From assembly GCA_963796455.1 (NCBI GenBank), contig CAWCLO010000010.1:32001-96000 (forward strand): a DNA stretch of 64,000 nt. Reading direction: 5' to 3'. The stretch is from Candidatus Sulfomarinibacteraceae bacterium. GTDB taxonomy: Bacteria; Acidobacteriota; Thermoanaerobaculia; Thermoanaerobaculales; Sulfomarinibacteraceae. Below the pieces are notes generated by a model, which searched no databases, had not been told where the DNA came from, and saw only the letters and a list, made by a program, of their open reading frames with translations. Positions 28,052-39,834 of the stretch are shown here, one piece after another; positions within the stretch are counted from its first letter, which is position 1, and each line of letters starts with the position of its first letter. The translations under genes and the position numbers were made by a program.

Positions 28052-28405
28052 TCACATCACTTTGCTCTTGAAATCCTTGATTTCGTTCATGAGCTCGTCG
28101 ATCTTGTCCTTGAGCTCTGCGTCCTGAGTATTTTTCTTGAGTTTCTGGAGGTCGCTCTCGATGCCTTCGAGTGAGGCCGCGGCGGCACCGGCTGCCGCAG
28201 TGGTGTCCATGCCGCTCAGACCGGCTGAACGCCCGGCCTGGCGAAACTCCTGAGCGGCACGGTGAAACTCGCCTTTGAGACGGTTGAGCTCTGATTCCTC
28301 CTCGCTCATCGACGATGGCATGAGCGAGAACTCTCCAGACTGAAAATAGTTGTAGGCGACCAGGCCGACAACGACGACGACGGCGATTGTGATGAGATTT
28401 TTCAT
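28052..28405 (-). CDS. Small membrane-anchored coiled-coil hypothetical protein
   Basis: MKNLITIAVVVVVGLVAYNYF followed by a helical, charged region; purine-rich RBS region. Confidence 0.7.
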   Translation of the reverse strand: MKNLITIAVVVVVGLVAYNYFQSGEFSLMPSSMSEEESELNRLKGEFHRAAQEFRQAGRSAGLSGMDTTAAAGAAAASLEGIESDLQKLKKNTQDAELKDKIDELMNEIKDFKSKVM

Positions 28406-28574
28406 TTCCCCCCCATTGGTGGGTTTGTGGCCTTGGCAGGCCGATTGTTCGGATCTCTCTTCCCATTGTGTCACGGAGACCAGCCGCGACGAGCAAAATG
28501 ATGATCGGTTATGGTTTGGGCGACAATGGGGTCTGCGGGCTGAACGCCCGGCAGACCAACATGGAGGTCCGTCG

Positions 28575-29681
<1,107 letters not shown>

Positions 29682-29740
29682 GGCGCGCGCACTCAACGTC
29701 CGGTGCCGGACGGCACTGCAACAGCGACGTCATCCCGGCG

Positions 29741-29836
29741 AAAAACGCGAAGACACGAAGACGCAGAGAGAGCGCGAAGTATCGTCAAACACGGATTCCA
29801 GGATTCCTTTGCGGCATTTGCGACTTCTCGGTTCAA
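29741..29836. repeat. Degenerate inverted short-repeat arms (CGCGAAGACACGAAG ... CTTTGCGGCATTTGCG)
   Basis: Imperfectly complementary arms between convergent genes. Confidence 0.5.
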
Positions 29837-29876
29837 CCGTATTTGCGGGCACCGACCGTGCCACATCGACTACCGT

Positions 29877-30722
29877 TCAACGACTGAGGAAATCCGTAAC
29901 CACCGTTGCAATGCGCTCGGGGTGAGTGAGGTGCACGTGGTGGCCGCCCTCGACCTCGGTGGTTTCGAGATCGGGTATCACCGAAAGCCGGTGGTTGACG
30001 ATCTTTTCCGGAAAGGGCCAACCCTGCAGCGCTCGAACCGCCAGGACCGGGCAGTCGATGGCCGCCAGAAAGGCGACAGCGTGGTCCTCGGTGAAGCGGA
30101 GTCGCGATCGGGTTTTGAGCCGCGGATCATGGGTGAAGCGAAGCCCGCCGTCAACCGTCTCGGTGCCGCGCTCCACCAACAATCGGGTCGACTCATCATC
30201 AAGCTCGGTGTCGCGGGCTCGGGCACGAATGGCACGCTCGATATCAGGAAAAATCCGCGGTGAAATTTGGGCTGCCCGTTTTTCATCCGCCAGGGCAAGA
30301 ACGAGCTGTTCAGGTGCCCGTTCCGCCTCGGCCGCCATGGGGCCCACACCTTCGAGGAGAACCACCCTCCGGACCCTGCCCGGGAAGGCCGCCGGAATCA
30401 ACGACGAGATCCCCGCCCCCATCGAGTGACCCAGAAGGCTGAATTCGGACCAACCGAGAGCATCGGCCGCCGCCGTGACTTCGACCGGCCAATCGACAAA
30501 GTGGTGCACGACTCCAGGGGGCCGGTGTTGCGAGCGGCCGTGACCGGGGAGGTCGAGCGCCACGACGTGCAGACCCTGAAGCATCGGGGCCAATCGTTGA
30601 AATGAAGCCGCGTTGTCGAGCCAGCCATGGAGCGCGAGCACGTGCCGACCATCGTCAGGGCCCCACTCGAGGGCAGCGAGCCGCAGATGGGGCAGCTCGA
30701 TCGATATCTCGCGCCCCGTCAT
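29877..30722 (-). CDS. Alpha/beta hydrolase
   Basis: LHGWLDNAASF, DLPGHG, GHSMG nucleophile elbow, GGHHVH. Confidence 0.93.
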   Translation of the reverse strand: MTGREISIELPHLRLAALEWGPDDGRHVLALHGWLDNAASFQRLAPMLQGLHVVALDLPGHGRSQHRPPGVVHHFVDWPVEVTAAADALGWSEFSLLGHSMGAGISSLIPAAFPGRVRRVVLLEGVGPMAAEAERAPEQLVLALADEKRAAQISPRIFPDIERAIRARARDTELDDESTRLLVERGTETVDGGLRFTHDPRLKTRSRLRFTEDHAVAFLAAIDCPVLAVRALQGWPFPEKIVNHRLSVIPDLETTEVEGGHHVHLTHPERIATVVTDFLSR

Positions 30723-31471
30723 CGATGGTCCCGATAGAGGCGCAGGACAAAGGCACCGGCCGCTGTGCTCCGGAATTCCTCGACGATCTCCAACAACTCG
30801 CTCGGGATTTCATCGAGAGTCGGCAACGGCGAACCGTAGTTTTCGGGCAGCACCGCCGGCGCCGCAAGGGAGGCAAAGGTCAGATCGGCGGCCGTGAGCT
30901 CATCACCCACCAGAAACTCTCGATCGTCGGCCAACAGTTCACCGACCTCGGCAAAAATCGCCCGGACATATCCGAGTGATCGTTCGGCAGAAGCCTCGGT
31001 GATTTTCATCCCCTTTCGCATCAGAAACGTCACGAGCGGCGACACCAGGGGATACACGAGTTTGCTGCCACCACCAACACCAGCCAGGACCGACCGCAAA
31101 AAAAGATCCCGGTGCTGTAGCAGGTAGTAGTAGGCCAGCCGGCGAGTGTGGGGACCGAGCTTGGTGTCGAAATCTTCTTCAAGTTCTTCTGCGGTTTTCC
31201 TCAACTCGGGATTTTCGGGGTACGGCCGCCATCCTTCACCCTCGATTCCCTGGAGGTATCGCAGGATAACGGTCGAATCCGGATAGACGCCGTCATCCGT
31301 GACCAGCACCGGTGTCGACCCCGGCCCGCCCGCCCTCCTTGCCGGCCGACGATGAAAGATCGGAGGATGACCCTCTTCAAGGTAGGGGATGCTCATTTTT
31401 TCGAGCGCCCACCGAGCTTTTTCACAGTAGTGACTCGGCGGAATCGTGATCAGGCGAGCGTTTGAAGTCAT
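30719..31471 (-). CDS. Glutathione S-transferase family protein
   Basis: SHYCEKARWAL, TPVL, DSTVI, FLVGDELTAADLTFA. Confidence 0.9.
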   Translation of the reverse strand: MTSNARLITIPPSHYCEKARWALEKMSIPYLEEGHPPIFHRRPARRAGGPGSTPVLVTDDGVYPDSTVILRYLQGIEGEGWRPYPENPELRKTAEELEEDFDTKLGPHTRRLAYYYLLQHRDLFLRSVLAGVGGGSKLVYPLVSPLVTFLMRKGMKITEASAERSLGYVRAIFAEVGELLADDREFLVGDELTAADLTFASLAAPAVLPENYGSPLPTLDEIPSELLEIVEEFRSTAAGAFVLRLYRDHR

Positions 31472-31573
31472 GCCGCAGACTATCCCGAACACGCGGAGTT
31501 CTCAATGCTGGATGCGACCAATCCAGTGATCATCACCAGATGATTCAAGTGGCGGGGAGGTCGGGGTGCAGGA

Positions 31574-31686
31574 GACGGAGAAACCGCAGATCACGCAGAT
31601 GAGAAGATCCATTTGTGATTCGCTGCAAGATCTGTGGGAAGAATGGGCTGGGTGTGCGGAACTCAGAACTCCGAATTCCGAACTCC
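31574..31686. repeat. Nonamer-type (CGCAGATCA) arms plus heptamer (CTCCGAA) tract
   Basis: CCGCAGATCACGCAGAT ... ATTTGTGA...ATCTGTGG, then GAACTCAGAACTCCGAATTCCGAACTC. Confidence 0.6.
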
Positions 31687-31717
31687 CTTTTTTCCTTGCG
31701 CGAGACGCCGCGCAGGG

Positions 31718-31760
31718 AAAAAAAGCCCCCTCCCGCCGGGAGGTGGATGGCGGGAGGGGT
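31718..31760 (-). terminator. Rho-independent terminator downstream of ftsZ
   Basis: CCCCTCCCGCC/GGCGGGAGGGG stem followed by T7 on the minus strand. Confidence 0.85.
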
Positions 31761-31812
31761 CGCGGAGGCCACCGGGCATCAGCCCGGTCACCGTGAAGCC
31801 TGAGTCGTCCGG

Positions 31813-33039
31813 TCAGTCCATTTGTTTCCGCAATATGGCCGGAATCTCGTAATCGTCGGTCTGGTTGATGCCGTACTCGGAATTCGGGCCGCCCGGAACC
31901 AGAAAACGGCTGGCGCGGGTCGGCGTCGATTCTTCGGTCTGGCCCTCGGGTTGGATTCTCACCTTCATCGCGGGCAGGAAGGCTTCGTCCGGAGAGACAT
32001 TGAATCCGGTCGCGATCACCGTCACCTGAACGGCGTCACCCAGATCCGGATCAACCACGGCACCAAAGAGGATCTGAGCCTCCGGATCGGCACCTTCGGT
32101 GATGATCTCGGCGGCCTCGTTGATCTCGTTGAGGGTCACTTCTTCGCCACCCGTGATGTTGATCAGCAGACCGCGCGCCCCTTCGATGGATGTTTCTTCG
32201 AGCAACGGCGAGGCGATCGCCTGTTGCGCGGCCTCGACGGCGCGGTGTTCGCCAGTGGAGGAGCCGACGCCCATGATGGCGTGGCCCATGCCCTTCATCA
32301 CCGTCCTCACATCGGCAAAGTCACGATTGATGAGCCCCGGCACCGTGATGATATCGGCGATCCCCTGGACTGCCTGACGGAGGACATCGTCGGCGATGCT
32401 CATTGCCTGTGTGAAGTTCGTATTGCGTTCGACGAACTTCAGCAAGCGATCGTTTGGAATCGTTATCAGGGTATCGACGTGCTCGCCGAGCTGTGTGATT
32501 CCCTCATCGGCGACGTTGCGGCGTCGCGAGCCCTCGAATGAGAAGGGCTTGGTCACGACGGCAACCGTCAGCGCGCCCACGTCCTGCGCCATCTGGGCGA
32601 TGATCGGCGCCGCACCGGTCCCGGTACCGCCGCCCATTCCGCAGGAAATGAAGACCATGTCGGACCCGTCGAGGAGATCGAAGATCTTCTTGTCTGCCTC
32701 GAGTGCCGAATTCCGGCCCACTTCCGGGTTGGCGCCCGCACCGAGGCCACGGGTCAATTCCATACCGAGCTGGAGCTTGACCGGGGCGCGGCAATTCGAC
32801 AGTGCCTGGGCGTCCGTGTTGGCGGCGATGAACTCCACGCCCTGGAGCCCGGCTTCGATCATCCTGTTGACCGAATTGCAGCCCCCACCACCAACACCGA
32901 TCACTTTGATTCGAGCCGGCGCCGGTGTCTCATCGAGGAGAATTCCCGGTTCCGGACCAACCAGATGCAGATCCCGGTTCTCCGGTTCACGTTCATTTTC
33001 AGTCGCTTCACCCGTCGTTCCGTCATCAAACTCAATCAT
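31813..33039 (-). CDS. ftsZ: Cell division protein FtsZ
   Basis: IKVIGVGGGG, GMGGGTGTG, INRDFAD, C-terminal IPAILRKQMD. Confidence 0.98.
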   Translation of the reverse strand: MIEFDDGTTGEATENEREPENRDLHLVGPEPGILLDETPAPARIKVIGVGGGGCNSVNRMIEAGLQGVEFIAANTDAQALSNCRAPVKLQLGMELTRGLGAGANPEVGRNSALEADKKIFDLLDGSDMVFISCGMGGGTGTGAAPIIAQMAQDVGALTVAVVTKPFSFEGSRRRNVADEGITQLGEHVDTLITIPNDRLLKFVERNTNFTQAMSIADDVLRQAVQGIADIITVPGLINRDFADVRTVMKGMGHAIMGVGSSTGEHRAVEAAQQAIASPLLEETSIEGARGLLINITGGEEVTLNEINEAAEIITEGADPEAQILFGAVVDPDLGDAVQVTVIATGFNVSPDEAFLPAMKVRIQPEGQTEESTPTRASRFLVPGGPNSEYGINQTDDYEIPAILRKQMD

Positions 33040-34273
33040 GTCCACCTCCCAGTTCGAAAAAATCTCCGAGGGCATTCCGAAGCCATGCCACGAGGCTGCC
33101 CCGCGCTGCTCTCGCCGTCACCATCTGATTCCGCCGGTTGTGCTGCAGGCGAATCAACCCGCAGGCCACGGCCCATTCGGGACCGGATACCGGTTCCACA
33201 AGACCGGCCAACGCGCGTGGCGTTCCCGGTCGTACACGATGTCCAAAAATTGTTTCCGCCACCTCTTCGAGCCCCTCGAGTCGTGAAGCTCCTCCGGTCA
33301 GCACCACACCGGCCCTCGGCACCCGATCCAGGCCCTGGCCCACCAGCACCTTGTGGACACCGATGAAAAGATCACGCGCCCGTTCGTGCAGGATCTCGGC
33401 TGCGAAGGAAGCCATGTGAACCTGGTTGCCATCACCACCAAGGGCGGGGACCTCGACCGCGTCGGAATCGAGGCCCTCGCGATCGACGGCCGCGCCGACC
33501 TTGCGCTTGGTGCGTTCGGCGGCTGCGGTGGTGGTCTTGAGCACTGCGGCCAGATCGGCCGTGAAGTGACGCCCGGCCACCGGCACGGCTCCACTCGAAG
33601 CCACGACGCCATCGGCAAAGAGGACCCACTCAGTGGTGGCATAGCCGATATCGAGAACCAGGCACCCAAGCTCTTTTTCGTCCCGGGTCAAAACCGCCTC
33701 GGCTGCAGCCAGGGGCTCGTAGACCAATTGCCTGATGGCAATGGCTGCGTGGTTGACCGCCTGTTCGACGGTTTCGGCGTGAGTCCGGTTTGCATAAAGG
33801 ACATAGGCGGAAGCATCCAGCCGGGTCCCGGGCATTCCGACCGGATAGTCCATACCGGGTTGCCCGTCGAGGGCGAAACCGCATGGAATGATGTCGAGCA
33901 CCCGGAAATCTTCGGGAATCGAAACCTGAGCACATGCCGCGAGCGCGCGCTGGAGGTCGTCCGACGTGACCGTGTGATCGCGCCCGGTCACCGGAACCGA
34001 AGCCGTTGAAGGAACGCCCTGGATCGGGGTGCCGCCGATTCCGACCAGCGCGAGCTCCACCGGGATTTCCGCCATCGCCTCGGCCTCCTCAGAGGCCATC
34101 CGCACCGCCCGGGTTATTTCGTCAAGACTCGCGATCACGCCTTTGCGGGCACCGTCATGGCTCGCATAGCCGCAGCCGCGAACCACAAGCCGCTCGTCCT
34201 CCATCTCGCCGACGACCACCGAGACCGCGGAGGATCCCAGGTCGATACCGATGAGGGGTTGAATCTCGTTCAC
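33032..34273 (-). CDS. ftsA: Cell division protein FtsA
   Basis: GIDLGS, LDIGYATT, VVLTGGASRLEG; GTG start overlapping the ftsQ stop. Confidence 0.95.
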   Translation of the reverse strand: MNEIQPLIGIDLGSSAVSVVVGEMEDERLVVRGCGYASHDGARKGVIASLDEITRAVRMASEEAEAMAEIPVELALVGIGGTPIQGVPSTASVPVTGRDHTVTSDDLQRALAACAQVSIPEDFRVLDIIPCGFALDGQPGMDYPVGMPGTRLDASAYVLYANRTHAETVEQAVNHAAIAIRQLVYEPLAAAEAVLTRDEKELGCLVLDIGYATTEWVLFADGVVASSGAVPVAGRHFTADLAAVLKTTTAAAERTKRKVGAAVDREGLDSDAVEVPALGGDGNQVHMASFAAEILHERARDLFIGVHKVLVGQGLDRVPRAGVVLTGGASRLEGLEEVAETIFGHRVRPGTPRALAGLVEPVSGPEWAVACGLIRLQHNRRNQMVTARAARGSLVAWLRNALGDFFELGGGHD

Positions 34274-34980
34274 TGTCCGCCCCCGATGACCATACGATCC
34301 GCCCACCGCAAATCCGCCCATGCCTGGGGCACCCTGCCCCGCGTCAGCGCCGCGCACCAAGCGCTCTCGGCAAGACTCCCCCGCGGATGCACGTGGACGA
34401 CCTTTTCTTCTTCGGCCCCCGCCGGCAGCATTGTCACGCGGTAATCCGCCGGGGTGATTCGACGAATCGAAAGCACCCTCGCCTGGCTGGCCTCTTCCAT
34501 TCTTTGAGCAACGATCAACGCCCGGCGCCGATCTAGATCCCCGGCAAAAGCCTCCAGCACCGGCGGCACCGCGATATCGACGGTACCCGCCAGATCCCCG
34601 TCGCGGCCGACGCCGTGCCAACTTCGACCGACACGAACACTGCCTCGAACCGGTGCGGCCTCAGCCCGAACGACCAGGGTTCCGGGCAACTCCAATTCCA
34701 CCTGAACGTCGCCCACACCCGGCCACACCTCGACCCGGTCGCGAACCGCCTCGAGATCGAGGTCCAGGGTCGGTTGACCCACCAGTTCGTGTAGCGATCG
34801 CACCGTCGATGCGGGCAGTTTGGGGCAACCGTCGACCTGGACGTCGCTGATTCGCCATTGCGGCAGAGCCAGCAGCATGACCGGCACCACCGAAAGCATC
34901 ATCAAACCACGACGTGATCTGCGCCTCGTGGCCTGTGGCCGCAGCCGATCCGGTAGAAAGCGGGGAGTGTCGGTGCTCAT
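34270..34980 (-). CDS. ftsQ: FtsQ/DivIB-type POTRA protein
   Basis: N-terminal TM, POTRA (VQVDG...LPGTLVV), C-terminal DLRW; position in the dcw cluster. Confidence 0.75.
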   Translation of the reverse strand: MSTDTPRFLPDRLRPQATRRRSRRGLMMLSVVPVMLLALPQWRISDVQVDGCPKLPASTVRSLHELVGQPTLDLDLEAVRDRVEVWPGVGDVQVELELPGTLVVRAEAAPVRGSVRVGRSWHGVGRDGDLAGTVDIAVPPVLEAFAGDLDRRRALIVAQRMEEASQARVLSIRRITPADYRVTMLPAGAEEEKVVHVHPRGSLAESAWCAALTRGRVPQAWADLRWADRMVIGGGQ

Positions 34981-36341
34981 GCTCCACCTTCCAGCCACGC
35001 CGTCGCCAGGCGATCGACATCGCCCGCGCCGACCGTCAACATCACATCGCCCCGTTGAAGAAGCTCTTCGAGCAACTGCGAGGCCTCGGCAACCGGGGGT
35101 CCCTCGGTGACATTCGGGTGGCCGAGCTCCGCGGCCAGATCGACGACCAGCCGCGAGCTGACGCCATCGATCGGCTGCTCCCGTGCCGGGTAGATCGGTA
35201 AAACAACCGCTACGTCCGCCGCCATCAGTGCCGACGCAAAATCGCCGGCGAAATCGCGAGTGCGGCTAAAGAGATGGGGTTGGAAGACCGCCACCATGCG
35301 CCGGTCGGGCATGGCCTGTCTCGCCGCCTCGAGCAGCGCACGGATCTCGGTCGGGTGATGAGCATAGTCGTCGACAACGGTCACTCCGTCACGTTCGCCC
35401 TTGACTTCGAATCTGCGGGCAACCCCATGAAAATCCGCGCAGGCTTCAGCAATGACGGAGAAGTCGATTTCGAGTTCCAGAGCCACCGCAATCGCGGCCA
35501 TGGCGTTGAGCGCGTTGAATCGTCCGGGCAGGGAGAGAAAGACCTCGCCGAGAGCCACCCCGTCCCGGATGACCTCGAAGCCGGTCCCACGGGAGTCGGT
35601 GTTTCTGATCTCCATCCGGAGATTCGCTTCGGAAGATGCGCCATAACCGATGACCTCACGACGAATCCTGTGACGGCAATCCCAGATGCCCGCGTTGTCC
35701 GCGCACAGAATCACCGTTCCGAAGGCTGATGTGTGGTTGGCAAAGGACACAAACGCCGCTTCGAGACCCGCCACGTCACCATAACAATCGAGATGCTCGG
35801 GCTCGAGATTCGTGATCACCGCCAGATCGGGGTTGAGCTCGAGGAACGATCGGTCGAATTCATCCGCCTCGCAGACGAACCAGCTGCCGGCGCCTACTTT
35901 GGCGTGAGAACCCATGAAATGGGCTCGGCCGCCGACAATGATCGTGGGATCGACACCGGCCGCAGTCAGAAGATGGCCGATGAGCGCAGTGGTCGTGGTT
36001 TTGCCATGGGTCCCGGCAACAGCAACGCCCCGCCTGCGGCGCATCAACTCGGCCAGAAGCTCGGCCCGACGCACGACCGGCAGACCGCGATCAACGGCAG
36101 CACGAAGCTCCGGTTCAGCCGCCGCAACCGCACCGGTCATGACGACGGCATCGGCATGCTCGATGTGGTCCGGATCGTGACCCAGGGAGATGTGGGCTCC
36201 AAGCCTCTGCAGTCTTTCGGTGCGTTCGCTGAAAGCCAGATCGCAGCCACTGACCACCGCTCCCTCGCTGATGAGGAGCTCGGCGAGCCCGCACATGCCG
36301 ACCCCACCGACGCCCATGAAGTGAAGGTGCCGGCCGTTCAC
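34977..36341 (-). CDS. murC: UDP-N-acetylmuramate--L-alanine ligase
   Basis: HFMGVGGVGM, AGTHGKTTTT, EADEFD, DDYAHHPTE, FQPH. Confidence 0.97.
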   Translation of the reverse strand: MNGRHLHFMGVGGVGMCGLAELLISEGAVVSGCDLAFSERTERLQRLGAHISLGHDPDHIEHADAVVMTGAVAAAEPELRAAVDRGLPVVRRAELLAELMRRRRGVAVAGTHGKTTTTALIGHLLTAAGVDPTIIVGGRAHFMGSHAKVGAGSWFVCEADEFDRSFLELNPDLAVITNLEPEHLDCYGDVAGLEAAFVSFANHTSAFGTVILCADNAGIWDCRHRIRREVIGYGASSEANLRMEIRNTDSRGTGFEVIRDGVALGEVFLSLPGRFNALNAMAAIAVALELEIDFSVIAEACADFHGVARRFEVKGERDGVTVVDDYAHHPTEIRALLEAARQAMPDRRMVAVFQPHLFSRTRDFAGDFASALMAADVAVVLPIYPAREQPIDGVSSRLVVDLAAELGHPNVTEGPPVAEASQLLEELLQRGDVMLTVGAGDVDRLATAWLEGGA

Positions 36342-37414
36342 ACCACACCCCCGATGGCGAGCAGGCGATCAGCGATCCTCGACGCCGCACCGGGCAAGGC
36401 CACGGCCCGCGCACACTCACCCATCCGCTGCAGCCTCGCCCCATCCCGCAGTAGCTCGCCAAGCACCGAGGCCACCCGTTGTGGTGCCGCCTCGGCTTCG
36501 GTCAGCACCAGGGCACCACCGGCCCGCTCCAGACTTCGCGCGTTGAAATCTTGATGGTTGCCCGCCGCAGCACCAAAGGGGACCAGCAAGGCGCCGCGAC
36601 CGGCCGCAGCCAACTCTGACACGGTCAGCGCGCCCGAACGCGCCACGACCAGATCGGCGTCGGCGAACTCCTGCCAGGGTTGCGCGAGAAATGCCGAGAC
36701 CGACGCTTCCAGCTTGAGGTCCTGGTATGCGGTCTGCACGACTTCGGACCAACGAACACCGGCCTGATGGCGAATTCGGATATCGAGACCCTGGTCCCTG
36801 AGGGAGGACAGAGCCCTGGGCAGAGTGCGATTGAGGAAAAGCGAGCCCTGGCTGCCGCCCAATATCAGGAGACGGGGTGGCTCGCCGATTTCGATATCCG
36901 AGACATCGAAAAAATCACTGCGAACAGGATTCCCGGTCCACTCCGCCGGCATTGATGGGAAAGACCTCACCGCGTCCTCGAAACCACAACAAATGAGGTC
37001 CGCAAATGGGGCCAAAAATTTATTGGTCCACCCGGGAATCGAATTCTGCTCCTGGAGAACGGTCGGCACGCCAAGCAGACCGGCCGCTCCGAGACCGGCG
37101 GTGGAGGCATAACCACCAACGCCCAAAACAACCAGCGGTTTGATCCGCAGCAGCGTGCGAACCGCCGTGATGATCGCAGGCGGCAACATCGCCATTGCGC
37201 GCGCCGCCGCCACCGGGCCGCGTGCGTGAGCGCCTTCGAGATCGACCAAGGTGATTGGAATTCCACGTTCCGCCACCAGCTCCGCCTCGAGACCACGGCG
37301 CGCTCCCAGCCAGTGCGCCTCGACCTCCCTGTTTTTGAGCTCGCGCGCCACCGCCAGACCGGGAAAAATGTGCCCGCCGGTGCCGCCGCCCGCGATGACG
37401 ACCCGCCGATTCAT
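36338..37414 (-). CDS. murG: Lipid II GlcNAc transferase
   Basis: AGGGTGGHIFP, EQNSIPG, TGNPVR, GGSQG, RSGALT. Confidence 0.97.
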   Translation of the reverse strand: MNRRVVIAGGGTGGHIFPGLAVARELKNREVEAHWLGARRGLEAELVAERGIPITLVDLEGAHARGPVAAARAMAMLPPAIITAVRTLLRIKPLVVLGVGGYASTAGLGAAGLLGVPTVLQEQNSIPGWTNKFLAPFADLICCGFEDAVRSFPSMPAEWTGNPVRSDFFDVSDIEIGEPPRLLILGGSQGSLFLNRTLPRALSSLRDQGLDIRIRHQAGVRWSEVVQTAYQDLKLEASVSAFLAQPWQEFADADLVVARSGALTVSELAAAGRGALLVPFGAAAGNHQDFNARSLERAGGALVLTEAEAAPQRVASVLGELLRDGARLQRMGECARAVALPGAASRIADRLLAIGGVV

Positions 37415-38502
37415 GCCTGCACCTCGCGCGACAGGTTGAGGAGAATACCCACCGACATCAGCGTGATGACCATCTCGGTCTTTCCGTAACTCACCAGGGG
37501 CAGAGGAATGCCTTTTGGAGGCAACATGTCCAGGCAGACCATCATGTGGACCAGCCCCTGAACCGCAAAGGCGACGGTCAGACCGAAGGCGAGGAGCGCA
37601 CGACGTTTGTCCTCCAGACGGGCCGAGATCACAAAACCCCGCCAGGACACGATCGCGGTCAAGGCAATGAGGATCAGCAAACCAACCAGCCCGAGTTCCT
37701 CGCCGGTGATGGCGAAAATGAAATCGGTGTGTGGTTCGGGCAGAAAAAAGAGTTTTTGCAGTCCGGACCCATATCCGCGACCGAAGAAACCTCCGCTGCC
37801 GATGGCTACGAGGCTTTGGTGGCTCTGCCAACTGGCTGCCGCCGCCCCGTCCGCATCGAGGAATGCCCGGACCCGAGCCAACCGGTACGGCGATGCCATC
37901 ACCGCGATGACCAGAGCCATCGCACCGCACAGTGCAGGAGCAGCAAGCAGGCGCAGCGGAAGACCCGAGACAAAGGCCATCGAACCCAACACCACCAGCA
38001 GCAGCGCGGCCGAACCGAGGTCCGGTTGGGCGACGATCACCGCCGTCGTGGCAACGCTGACGGCGGCGATCACTGCCAGACGTTTCCGCGGCCACCCTTC
38101 TCGCCGAGCCTCTTCGAGCAGAATCGCGAGCAGCATGATGAGGGTCAGCCGCACCAGGACGGAAGGTTGTAGAGAGAGCCCTGCGACGCTGACCCAACGA
38201 TGGGTCGCTGCCACAGGCGCCTGGGCATACGCGGCGAGCATCAACAGCCACCCACCGGCGAGCCCGGCGATCACCAACCTCCGGTCGGTCAACAAGGAGC
38301 TGCGAAGATGCATGCAGATCACCAAGACCCCGAGCCCGATCATGGCGGTGGCCGCCTGCCAGGTGAAAAAGTAGGAACCCGGCCGACCGTATCGTTCGGT
38401 CGCGATCAACCACGAGGCCGAAGCGAGAATCGCGAGACCGATCGCCGTCAACATGATGGAGGCGCCGAGAAGCAAACGATCGAAACGCTGCTTTATGGGC
38501 AT
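37411..38502 (-). CDS. ftsW: SEDS peptidoglycan polymerase FtsW
   Basis: RW...SLQPS, QPDLG, LPEPHTDFIF, GIPLPLVSYG. Confidence 0.95.
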   Translation of the reverse strand: MPIKQRFDRLLLGASIMLTAIGLAILASASWLIATERYGRPGSYFFTWQAATAMIGLGVLVICMHLRSSLLTDRRLVIAGLAGGWLLMLAAYAQAPVAATHRWVSVAGLSLQPSVLVRLTLIMLLAILLEEARREGWPRKRLAVIAAVSVATTAVIVAQPDLGSAALLLVVLGSMAFVSGLPLRLLAAPALCGAMALVIAVMASPYRLARVRAFLDADGAAAASWQSHQSLVAIGSGGFFGRGYGSGLQKLFFLPEPHTDFIFAITGEELGLVGLLILIALTAIVSWRGFVISARLEDKRRALLAFGLTVAFAVQGLVHMMVCLDMLPPKGIPLPLVSYGKTEMVITLMSVGILLNLSREVQA

Positions 38503-39833
38503 GAGGCCACCTCCCGCCGAGCCAGCTCGGCAAAGACGTCGCCCCGCTCGTCGTAACCGGAGAACTGATCGAAGGACGCGCAGCCCGGCGCCAACAAAAC
38601 CCACTGGCCGGATTCCGCGTGGGTCCTGGCACGCTCGACCGCCTCGGTGAGGGTGCCGCAGATTTCCAGCGGGGCAGAGCCTTCGAGAGCCTCTCCGATC
38701 ATCTGGCCATCCTCACCGATGAGGTAGATCCGTGACACCGCGCGTTGGATCTCGGTCGCCAACGGTGCGAAGTCCTGGCCCTTGGACAAACCCCCGAGGA
38801 TCAAATGAACGGAATCATCGCCGTATCCGCCCAGCGCCGCCAGAGTCGCACCAACGTTCGTGGCCTTGGAGTCGTCCACCCAGCGCACACCACCGCACTC
38901 GTGGACCGTTCGATGGCGATGAGCAAGACCATCGAAGCTCGTCAGAGCCTGAACAATCGCGTCCTTCGAGACGTCGAGGGCCGAGGCCGCGAGCGCGGCG
39001 GCCAAAGCGTTGGCCACATTGTGGAGCCCACTCAGCCGCATTTCGGACCTCGTGATAATGCGCTCGCCACCGACGACCAGATCGATCCCGGCGAGATAAG
39101 CGTCCGCAGGATGCGATATCGAGAAAGTGCGCTTGGGGGCCACCGTTGGAGTCGACGCCACAGCTTCGTCGTCAGCGTTGAGAACCGCAACATCGTGCAG
39201 CCCTTGAAAAGCAAAGACCTTGCGTTTCGCAGCGAGGTAGGTATCGAGGTCAGGGTGACGCTCGAGATGGTCCTGGCTGAGGTTGAGGAAGACTGCAACC
39301 CGGGGCTGCATTTCGGTGAGGAGCTCGGCCTGGAAACTCGAGATCTCGAGCACCCAGCTTTCCCACCCGCCCTCGTGAACCAATTGCGAGGCGGCGGTGC
39401 CGAGGTTTCCTCCGGCGACGGTCGCCCGGCCCGAGGCGTTCAACATCATCGCCACCAACTCGGTGACGGTGCTCTTGCCGTTCGACCCGGTCACCGCAAC
39501 CAACGGTGCGGCCGGTCGGTGACGCCAGGCAAACTCGACTTCCGTCATCACACGGATTCCACCGTCGCGCGCCGCTTCGAGCAGGGGCGCGTTGGCTGGG
39601 ACTCCGGGTGACACGATGACCAGCCCGACTCCCTCGAGACAGCCCTCGGGGTGCCCGTCGAAAAACAGGCGCTCCTCGCCGGAAAGCTTGGCGAGTTCGT
39701 CGCCGAACTCGGTTCTGGCCCGGAGGTCGGTGATCCAGACCTCAGAACCGTCGGTGATGGCGAGACGCGCCGCAGCGACGCCCGAACGACCGAGGCCGAC
39801 AATCAGAACACGGGATGAAGCCTGGTACGTCAT
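38493..39833 (-). CDS. murD: UDP-MurNAc-L-Ala--D-Glu ligase
   Basis: GLGRSG, SPGVP, TGSNGKST, EISSFQ, DDSKATN, LAPGCASFDQF. Confidence 0.97.
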   Translation of the reverse strand: MTYQASSRVLIVGLGRSGVAAARLAITDGSEVWITDLRARTEFGDELAKLSGEERLFFDGHPEGCLEGVGLVIVSPGVPANAPLLEAARDGGIRVMTEVEFAWRHRPAAPLVAVTGSNGKSTVTELVAMMLNASGRATVAGGNLGTAASQLVHEGGWESWVLEISSFQAELLTEMQPRVAVFLNLSQDHLERHPDLDTYLAAKRKVFAFQGLHDVAVLNADDEAVASTPTVAPKRTFSISHPADAYLAGIDLVVGGERIITRSEMRLSGLHNVANALAAALAASALDVSKDAIVQALTSFDGLAHRHRTVHECGGVRWVDDSKATNVGATLAALGGYGDDSVHLILGGLSKGQDFAPLATEIQRAVSRIYLIGEDGQMIGEALEGSAPLEICGTLTEAVERARTHAESGQWVLLAPGCASFDQFSGYDERGDVFAELARREVASCP

Positions 39834-39834
39834 G

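Noticed and set aside
34270..36341. Absence of murB and ddl from the dcw cluster as a novelty
   Set aside because: These genes are often located elsewhere; it cannot be judged from one window.
36338..38632. 764-aa MurG fusion
   Set aside because: The upstream part is an alternate frame overlapping ftsW; MurG begins at 37414.
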